A DNA stretch of 53,009 nt. It comes from an uncultured Candidatus Saccharibacteria bacterium (GTDB lineage Bacteria > Patescibacteriota > Dojkabacteria > SC72). The notes under the pieces were generated by a model that had not been told where the DNA came from, ran no database searches, and worked only from the letters and a program-made list of their open reading frames with translations. Positions 46,796 to 53,009 of this stretch are shown piece after piece. The stretch lies in the NCBI GenBank assembly GCA_964543485.1, contig CAZIYI010000001.1:1-53009 (forward strand). Reading direction: 5' to 3'. A program made the position numbers and the translations under genes. Numbering within the stretch: the stretch's first letter is position 1; the number at the start of each line of letters is the position of its first letter.

Positions 46796-48085
46796 ATGCC
46801 TAAAAAGATAAATATTTCTGACAAAGGGGTAAAGGAGAAAAATCAGTTAGCTTCAAAGATTGAAGTGTTAGATCCAACTACCGAAAAAGTTAAGGTCCAA
46901 GTTGAAGAAAGTAAAGTTAAAATACCTTTGGATAAAAAAAAGAAAATCATAATATATGCTATTTCTTCTTTTGCATTTCTACTACTTTTAGGAATTGCAC
47001 TTTTCTACTACTTTGGGATATACAAACTTACTCCGTATAAAAAACCATCTGAGATAATAAACCTTACTAACCAATATATTCTATCACTACCTATAGAATC
47101 AAATTTCGAAAAAATTCCCATACCAAAACCTTCAGAACCAAAGACAGAAGAGAGTGTAATAAATGGATCCCTGTTTACCAAAACAGAGATGGCCAAATTA
47201 GAAGATAAAAGACCTGTAGCAGTAATGATAAACAACCATGCAGACGCAAGACCCCAATCTGGCTTAAACAGTGCGGATATAGTATTTGAAGCATTGGCAG
47301 AGGGTGGAATATCTAGATTTTTGGCAATATTTTGGAGTGAAACTCCAGAGAAGGTTGGCCCTATTAGAAGTGCAAGACAGTACTACCTAGAATGGTTGAG
47401 CCCCTTTGACCCTCTATACATTTACGATGGATGTGCTGATACTACAAACCCTAAAACTGATGCTTGTGGAAATATCTATGCTTACAATATTAAACGGATT
47501 GCAACGATTGGTGCGTGGAGATGGAACGATGGTGTTAGATACGCTCCTCATAATGAATACTCCTCTTTGGAAAGTGCCTGGGAATATGCTGAAGGAAAAA
47601 ACTGGGACGAGATGCCAGATGTACAAACATGGAAATTCAAAAAAGACAATGCTTTAGAGGATAGAGGGTTGAAAACTAAAGTAGATATTACCTTCCATGA
47701 ACGACTTAATAACAGTGGAATGTATGATACTGTATGGACATACGATAACAAAACAAATCTTTACTTTAAAGAAACTGGGGGTAAAGTTCATATTGATCAA
47801 GAAAGTAACACCCAAGTTTACACTAAAAATTTAATAATCCAGGAAGTAACTTTAACTCCATCTTACGATGAGAAAGGAAGGATAATTCTTACAACAATAG
47901 GAGAGGGGAAGGCAACTTTTTTCATTGATGGGAAAATTACTACTGGAACATGGAAAAAAACAACAAGAACTAATAGAACTAAATACTACGACAGCACTGG
48001 AAATGAGATAGAATTTAACAGAGGGAGAGTTTGGATATCAATAGTTCCTCGCTCTATCGGAAAATTTGATATAATTGAGCAATAA
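46796..48085 (+). CDS. DUF3048 (YerB-like) domain membrane-anchored protein
   Basis: 429-aa ORF with a TM anchor and the DUF3048 signature RPVAVMINNHADARPQSGLNSADIVFEALAEGGISRFLAIFW...GPIRSAR. Confidence 0.7.
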   Translation: MPKKINISDKGVKEKNQLASKIEVLDPTTEKVKVQVEESKVKIPLDKKKKIIIYAISSFAFLLLLGIALFYYFGIYKLTPYKKPSEIINLTNQYILSLPIESNFEKIPIPKPSEPKTEESVINGSLFTKTEMAKLEDKRPVAVMINNHADARPQSGLNSADIVFEALAEGGISRFLAIFWSETPEKVGPIRSARQYYLEWLSPFDPLYIYDGCADTTNPKTDACGNIYAYNIKRIATIGAWRWNDGVRYAPHNEYSSLESAWEYAEGKNWDEMPDVQTWKFKKDNALEDRGLKTKVDITFHERLNNSGMYDTVWTYDNKTNLYFKETGGKVHIDQESNTQVYTKNLIIQEVTLTPSYDEKGRIILTTIGEGKATFFIDGKITTGTWKKTTRTNRTKYYDSTGNEIEFNRGRVWISIVPRSIGKFDIIEQ

Positions 48086-48145
48086 ATTGCCCCATGGTCT
48101 AATGAGTAAATAATTAGATCTATTTAATATATTAAATTAAGGGGA

Positions 48146-48718
48146 ATGCTTAAAAGTCTATTCATATCAAAAGTAAGAATAAGGGTGTTGGCAAAATACA
48201 TGGAAGATGTTAATAAACCATATCATGTTAGAGGTCTGGTAAGAGAATTGGGAGAGGAAATCAATGCAGTAAGAAGAGAGTTACTAAGTTTAAAGAAGAT
48301 AGAACTTCTTAGTTCAAAAAAGGATGGGAACAAAATAATGTACTCTATCAATAAAGAGTGCCCTATTCTTTGGGAACTCAGATCTATGTTTTTTAAAGAT
48401 TCTGAAATTGGAGAGTTACTAATTAAGAAACTTTCCCCTATAGAGGGAATAAAAATAGGAATAGTTACTGAACCATTTTTGAAGAATAAATATTTAGACA
48501 AGAGTGATATTGATATGCTCTTTGTTGGTGAAATGAAAATGAGAGAGCTATCTTTAGCAATTAGTTCATTAGAAAAAGAGCTAAAAAGACCTATTAAATA
48601 TGCTGCAATGAAGGTTGAAGATTTTGAATTTGGAAAGAAAAAGAGAGACCCGCTACTCATCAATGTTCTAACTAAAGATAAAGTAATAATAATTGGACGA
48701 GATTCAAGTTTACTCTAG
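48146..48718 (+). CDS. winged-helix transcriptional regulator with C-terminal nucleotidyltransferase-like domain
   Basis: 190-aa ORF with an N-terminal wHTH pattern (RIRVLAKYMED...YHVRGLVRELGEEINAVRRELLSLKKIELL). The C-terminal region has a DxD-like motif (KSDIDMLFVGE). Confidence 0.55.
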   Translation: MLKSLFISKVRIRVLAKYMEDVNKPYHVRGLVRELGEEINAVRRELLSLKKIELLSSKKDGNKIMYSINKECPILWELRSMFFKDSEIGELLIKKLSPIEGIKIGIVTEPFLKNKYLDKSDIDMLFVGEMKMRELSLAISSLEKELKRPIKYAAMKVEDFEFGKKKRDPLLINVLTKDKVIIIGRDSSLL

Positions 48719-48719
48719 A

Positions 48720-49970
48720 ATGAAAAAGTTTAAATTACCAAAAGTAAATATTAAAAAGGGTGGTGCTAAAAATACTTTCAGCTATCTTTCATCTGTTTTA
48801 ATAAGTTCAATAATATTTGCTTTAGTACTCATCTCTTTACCTCTTACTGAAAGAGTCACTTCCTCTGCAACCTATGATTTGGTAAATAAGAGTGGTATGT
48901 ATTGGGCTAAGGAGTATATACTTGAGCTTGATACGACAGAGAGCAAGAATGTTAAAAACGATATCGAAAAAACAAGGTCTGTGATTCAAAAAAGATTAAG
49001 TGCATTTGCAATTGAACAATCATCTATACAGATATTTGAGAAAGAGGATAAATCATACCTTAGAGTTTCTGTACAAACATCTAAGAGTAAAGAGTTAGTT
49101 GAGAATTTAATAAAATCTCCGTTTGAAATAAATATTGTAACAAGAAAAGATGATGTAAATTACGAAGATCAAGAAAATCCACTAACCCCATATCTTGCAG
49201 AAAATTATAACTCAACTGAATTCACTCGAAAGAATTTTAGAAATGTATATCTAACAAGATTAAAAAATTCGGCAAATGAATACTCATATTTTGCATTATT
49301 TAAAATTTGGCCATGGGAGAAAGAGTGGCAGAATTTCCTAGATGAGAATCTCAATCAAAGTGTTGGAGTATCTATAGATGGTTTTGTAACTCCTGTTCAG
49401 GTTACCGCAGATCAAGGACTTTTTGCTGTTCCAGTTTCTGCTACAGAAAAAGAGTTGGCACATATTACAAGTATCTTATACAACTCTGGAATTGTCCCAC
49501 TATCTTACTCTGTAACAACAGAGGAAGATATTTCTATAGAGAATGCAGAGATTGACTATATCAAACTAACAGAGGGTATATTGGTTGCTATTATCTTTAT
49601 CTATATATACTTACTGTTTATAGAAAAAACTCCAAAAGATATTCTATTAAGATCAGGGATATCTAGTTTAATTACGGTAGCTGGTTGGATTGCCTACTTA
49701 AAAATATCAGAGACTCCTATTGATATTTTTCTTTTAGCAATGGAAATTATTACGATAATAGCTGTAATAAGAATAATTACGGAAAACGTCGAGTCCAGAA
49801 TGATAGTTACAGTACTAATTGCACTAATATCTTCCCTTTGTATGTTACTTGGTAGTGGATATGTAAAACTATTTGCAAATGATTTACTAATCTTAATGAT
49901 ATTAAGCAATTTATCCCTATCTATATCGACCTTCTATTTACTTAATGTTAGAAACTCACTAAAGTTATGA
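48720..49970 (+). CDS. divergent SecD-like membrane protein
   Basis: The ORF track starts at 48693, but the ATG at 48720 (MKKFKLPK...) lies 1 nt after the upstream stop and gives a normal N-terminal TM. The periplasmic region (TRSVIQKRLSAFAIEQSSIQIFEKEDKSYLRVSVQ) resembles the SecD head. About 5 C-terminal TM helices follow. Confidence 0.4.
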   Translation: MKKFKLPKVNIKKGGAKNTFSYLSSVLISSIIFALVLISLPLTERVTSSATYDLVNKSGMYWAKEYILELDTTESKNVKNDIEKTRSVIQKRLSAFAIEQSSIQIFEKEDKSYLRVSVQTSKSKELVENLIKSPFEINIVTRKDDVNYEDQENPLTPYLAENYNSTEFTRKNFRNVYLTRLKNSANEYSYFALFKIWPWEKEWQNFLDENLNQSVGVSIDGFVTPVQVTADQGLFAVPVSATEKELAHITSILYNSGIVPLSYSVTTEEDISIENAEIDYIKLTEGILVAIIFIYIYLLFIEKTPKDILLRSGISSLITVAGWIAYLKISETPIDIFLLAMEIITIIAVIRIITENVESRMIVTVLIALISSLCMLLGSGYVKLFANDLLILMILSNLSLSISTFYLLNVRNSLKL

Positions 49971-50479
49971 CACTAATACAAAATATATTACAAAATTGGA
50001 GTATATATGAGAGAAATATGGAAATATTTCTAATATTGGGTATATTAACGTTAGCTTTACTATCAATATATTTATCTACCAATAATAAAAAAATTTTAGT
50101 TCTTTCTTCTGTATCTTTTGTACTAGTATTACTCCTAAATACCTTTGGGATAATCATAATAAACAGTGTGTTTAAAATAAACATAACTGAAATATTTAGA
50201 ATGGTTCCAATACTTTCCCTTCTCTTAATAGTATCTAATCTTGGAATATTAGTTGGCTTTTACATATCTAAAAAAAATGTCAAAGGATTTAAAATTTCTA
50301 GTATCAGAAAAGAGTACTTCTCAGATTCTATTAAGCAAAGTATATTTCTTGTACTCTTAGGTATATCGACTCTGCTATTCCTATCTCCCCAAACAGTAGC
50401 TATCATCTCTGTTTCTTTTCTTTCTTCTGTGTTAGCTATTTGGTTAACATATTGGATTTCAAAATATATTCTTAAATGA
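49967..50479 (+). CDS. small polytopic membrane protein (possibly SecF-like remnant)
   Basis: 170-aa ORF with ATGA overlaps at both ends (translational coupling) and about 5 TM helices. The similarity to the SecF C-terminus is only a weak pattern. Confidence 0.3.
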   Translation: MTLIQNILQNWSIYERNMEIFLILGILTLALLSIYLSTNNKKILVLSSVSFVLVLLLNTFGIIIINSVFKINITEIFRMVPILSLLLIVSNLGILVGFYISKKNVKGFKISSIRKEYFSDSIKQSIFLVLLGISTLLFLSPQTVAIISVSFLSSVLAIWLTYWISKYILK

Positions 50480-51360
50480 TAGATTCTGACCGTAAAATAA
50501 TTGTAATCGCAGGTCCTACTGCTTCTGGGAAATCTGATATAGGAATTCGTTTAGCAAAAGAGATTAACGGATATATTATAAATGGTGATTCAAGACAGAT
50601 ATATAAGGAATTAAATATTGGTACAGCAAAGCCGATATTTGATAAAAAAATAAAAGGAAAGGAATATATTTTAAATGGTGTTAAACATTTTCTCTACGAC
50701 TATATCAATCCGAAGGATAATTTCTCCCTTTATAAATATCAGAAAGATGTAGAACGAGTACTTTCTGAAAATGACGGCATACCTATTCTTCTTGGTGGTA
50801 CAGGTTTGTATATTGATAGTGTTGTATTCAACTATGATTTAGTTGAAAACAAACAAAATATTAAACAATTAGAAAACAAAGATATTAAAGAGTTACAAAA
50901 TATCGCTAAAAGTTTCATCAACGAAATGAATGATAGTGATAGAAATAATAAACATCGACTCATTAGGGCTATACAAAGGGGAGGGGTGAATACAAAGAAA
51001 GGTAAGATGTTAAATCATCTCTATTTCGTTATCGATTTAGATAAAGAAATATTAACTAAGAAAGTAAAAGAAAGAATAGATAAGATGTTTTCTAATGGTT
51101 TACTTCAAGAGAATACATCACTCATAAACAAAGGTTATACTTACTCTGATAGAGGAATGAATAGTATTGGATATATTGAATTTAAAGAGTATTTTGAAGG
51201 TAAAATATCTATTGAGGAAGTAAAAGAAAAAATCTTTAAAAATACTATGTCCTATATTAAAAGGCAAAAAACTTGGTTTAGGAGAAACAAGAAAAGTATT
51301 TGGACAAGTGATTACAACACTATATATCAAAACAGCTCTAACTTCATCTCAAATGAATAG
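50476..51360 (+). CDS. miaA: tRNA dimethylallyltransferase MiaA
   Basis: 294-aa ORF with the P-loop IVIAGPTASGKS, then IINGDSRQIYKELNIGTAKP and LLGGTGLYIDS. Confidence 0.92.
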   Translation: MIDSDRKIIVIAGPTASGKSDIGIRLAKEINGYIINGDSRQIYKELNIGTAKPIFDKKIKGKEYILNGVKHFLYDYINPKDNFSLYKYQKDVERVLSENDGIPILLGGTGLYIDSVVFNYDLVENKQNIKQLENKDIKELQNIAKSFINEMNDSDRNNKHRLIRAIQRGGVNTKKGKMLNHLYFVIDLDKEILTKKVKERIDKMFSNGLLQENTSLINKGYTYSDRGMNSIGYIEFKEYFEGKISIEEVKEKIFKNTMSYIKRQKTWFRRNKKSIWTSDYNTIYQNSSNFISNE

Positions 51361-51887
51361 TCTCCGTTTTTACTCTCTATAAGATAAATCGAATCAATAA
51401 CAAATTCAATCTCATTTAATTTTAATTTCTTAGATACTCTCGCAATATCATTAGCTACATTCCTATACTCTTCTTTCGTTAAATCCTTACTTATTCTCCC
51501 TATTGTTAAATGAGGTACAAACATAGATGTGTCTTGTTTATCGGTAACACCCCTGACTTGTAACAGAAGCTCTCTTAGTTCCTCTCCACCTTGACTAAAA
51601 TCCAGATATACAAGTTCTTTATAATTTCTAGATATCCCAACCTTAACACTTTCAAAGGAGACTTTAATTTTTTTAAAATGAATCTTCGATATCTTTTTTC
51701 TTAAGAAAAACTTTTTAAAAATATTTAGACTCTCTCCTAAGTAATACAAAGTAATATGAAAAGTATTGGGCTTTACCCATCTAACTGGAATATCGAAATC
51801 ATCAAACAGGGTAGTTATTTCTGCTTGTACCCTACGAATCTTACTTTTTGATTCATGGTTAGGAACAAAACCTAAAAAGAAACTCAT
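51327..51887 (-). CDS. thpR: 2H phosphoesterase (RNA 2',3'-cyclic phosphodiesterase ThpR/LigT family)
   Basis: 186-aa ORF with two H-x-T/S motifs (FHITLYYLG and PHLTIGR). Confidence 0.7.
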   Translation of the reverse strand: MSFFLGFVPNHESKSKIRRVQAEITTLFDDFDIPVRWVKPNTFHITLYYLGESLNIFKKFFLRKKISKIHFKKIKVSFESVKVGISRNYKELVYLDFSQGGEELRELLLQVRGVTDKQDTSMFVPHLTIGRISKDLTKEEYRNVANDIARVSKKLKLNEIEFVIDSIYLIESKNGDYSFEMKLELF

Positions 51888-51888
51888 C

Positions 51889-53009
51889 TTACTCTCTATC
51901 TATTTTATCTACTCCAATGTACTTTCTTAGAACCTGTGGTACTAATATACTTCCATCTTTCTGTTGAAATGTTTCAACCACAGCAACCATGAGTCTACTT
52001 GTTGCCAATCCAGATGCATTAAGTGTACTTAGATACTCTGTTTTACCTCCATTAGTTGGTTTGTATCTCATGTTCCCTCTTCTTGATTGATACTCACGAA
52101 CATTTGATATTGAACTTACTTCATAGTACTGATTTACTGCTGGTAACCATACCTCTACATCGTATGTTTTAGCAGCACCTGCAGAACAGTCCCCTGCGGC
52201 TAATTTACTTACTCTGTAATGTAATCCTAAGCCAGCTACTAATCTTTCTGCTTTAGATACTAACTCATCGAATGCTTCCTCAGAACCATCCTTGGTTGTA
52301 AATTGATACATCTCTACTTTGTTAAACTGGTGCATTCTCATTAACCCTTTCTCATTTGTTCTGTAACTACCTGCCTCCCTTCTGTAACTTGGTGTATATG
52401 AGAAGAACTTTTTAGGTAAATCTTTCTCATCAAGTATTTCGTCTCTAAAAAGATTAGTTAAAGATGTCTCAGATGTAGGTATTAAGAACTGGTTCTCCTC
52501 TTTTAACCAATATACATCATCCTTAAACTTAGGAAGCTGTCCAGCAGTATACCCAGACATCTCTCCTACAATGTGGGGAGGAAGTATCATCTCATACCCA
52601 TCTTTAATATGTTCATCTATGAAGTAGTTAATCAATGCCCATTCTAACCTTGCACCTAAACCAGAGTACAAAGTGAAATTATTACCAGAGATTTTACTTG
52701 CTCTTTCAAAATCAAAAAGTTTTAACTCTGTTCCTAACTGTACATGATCTTTAATTTCAAAATCAAAGTTAGGTTTCTCACCTACTGTTTTGATAACTTG
52801 ATTAGCTTCTTTCTCTCCAGCAACTACATCTTCGTCAGGAGTATTAGGAAGGACCTCTAACAATCCTTTTACTTGAATATCAATATTCCCAACCTTACTC
52901 TCTAAATCTTTTACTTCAATGGATAGGGTTTTGAGATCTGCTAATAGCTTAGTGAACTCATCTGAGCTCTTATCTGTTTTAGACATACTGTCATTAAAAC
53001 TATTCTGTT
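51889..53009 (-). CDS. serS: seryl-tRNA synthetase (N-terminus runs off the window)
   Basis: Class II aaRS motifs are present (FSYTPSYRREAGS, MHQFNKVEMY, GLATSRLMVAVVE). The frame has no stop between the listed ATG (52986) and the window edge, so the helical arm probably continues outside the window. Confidence 0.92.
   Translation of the reverse strand, partial: QNSFNDSMSKTDKSSDEFTKLLADLKTLSIEVKDLESKVGNIDIQVKGLLEVLPNTPDEDVVAGEKEANQVIKTVGEKPNFDFEIKDHVQLGTELKLFDFERASKISGNNFTLYSGLGARLEWALINYFIDEHIKDGYEMILPPHIVGEMSGYTAGQLPKFKDDVYWLKEENQFLIPTSETSLTNLFRDEILDEKDLPKKFFSYTPSYRREAGSYRTNEKGLMRMHQFNKVEMYQFTTKDGSEEAFDELVSKAERLVAGLGLHYRVSKLAAGDCSAGAAKTYDVEVWLPAVNQYYEVSSISNVREYQSRRGNMRYKPTNGGKTEYLSTLNASGLATSRLMVAVVETFQQKDGSILVPQVLRKYIGVDKIDRE

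Noticed and set aside
49968-49970. Alternative genetic code (UGA recoded, as in some candidate phyla).
   Set aside because: TGA terminates well-delimited genes (for example ATGA stop/start overlaps at 49967-49970 and 50476-50479; thpR stop at 51327-51329). All conserved genes are intact under the standard code.
51889-52986. SerRS apparently only 365 aa, with a truncated N-terminal tRNA-binding coiled-coil arm.
   Set aside because: The reading frame upstream of the listed ATG stays open to the window edge (…QNSFNDS-MSK…). The short arm is an artefact of the window boundary, not a biological truncation.
1-53009. Search for CRISPR arrays, IS elements or transposases, reverse transcriptase/DGR, toxin-antitoxin pairs, restriction-modification or other defence systems.
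   Set aside because: I saw no regularly spaced direct repeats, no transposase/integrase/RT-like translations and no small paired TA-like ORFs. The methyltransferases present have sugar or small-molecule-type contexts, not DNA methyltransferase motifs.

Overview
This is an AT-rich (roughly 30% G+C by eye), very gene-dense bacterial chromosomal segment. It holds about 50 CDS, is more than 90% coding, and has many 1-30 nt gene overlaps. It reads cleanly with the standard code; TGA is used as a stop, for example at 49968-49970. Housekeeping genes flank a ~20 kb cell-surface glycan locus at 17.7-37.6 kb. These are an Elp3-type radical SAM/GNAT enzyme, recO, secA, miaA, a 2H-phosphoesterase, serS, tRNA-Lys and tRNA-Pro. 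The glycan locus contains 2 Wzx-type flippases, 2 GT-C membrane glycosyltransferases, 2 Dpm1/GtrB-like polyprenyl-phosphate glycosyltransferases, GT2/GT4/GT11 enzymes, SAM methyltransferases, gmd, ugd and a UDP-GlcA 4-epimerase. No initiating phosphoglycosyltransferase, Wzy or chain-length regulator is recognisable in it. The window also encodes several large exported multi-domain proteins: FN3-like modules, an M23 peptidase, and a lysozyme-like motif in a Cys-rich protein next to a DsbA-like gene. There is also an orphan histidine kinase co-transcribed with a methyltransferase, and many lineage-specific hypotheticals. Gene content and style fit a small-genome Patescibacteria/CPR-type organism, but that is inference only. 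The most unusual non-coding signal is a G+C-enriched (~47%), highly structured ~130 nt element in the largest intergenic gap (44.13-44.45 kb), which I cannot assign to any RNA family. I found no CRISPR array, IS element, integrase, prophage or recognisable defence system. Both window edges cut genes: the flavoprotein at the 5' edge and serS at the 3' edge.
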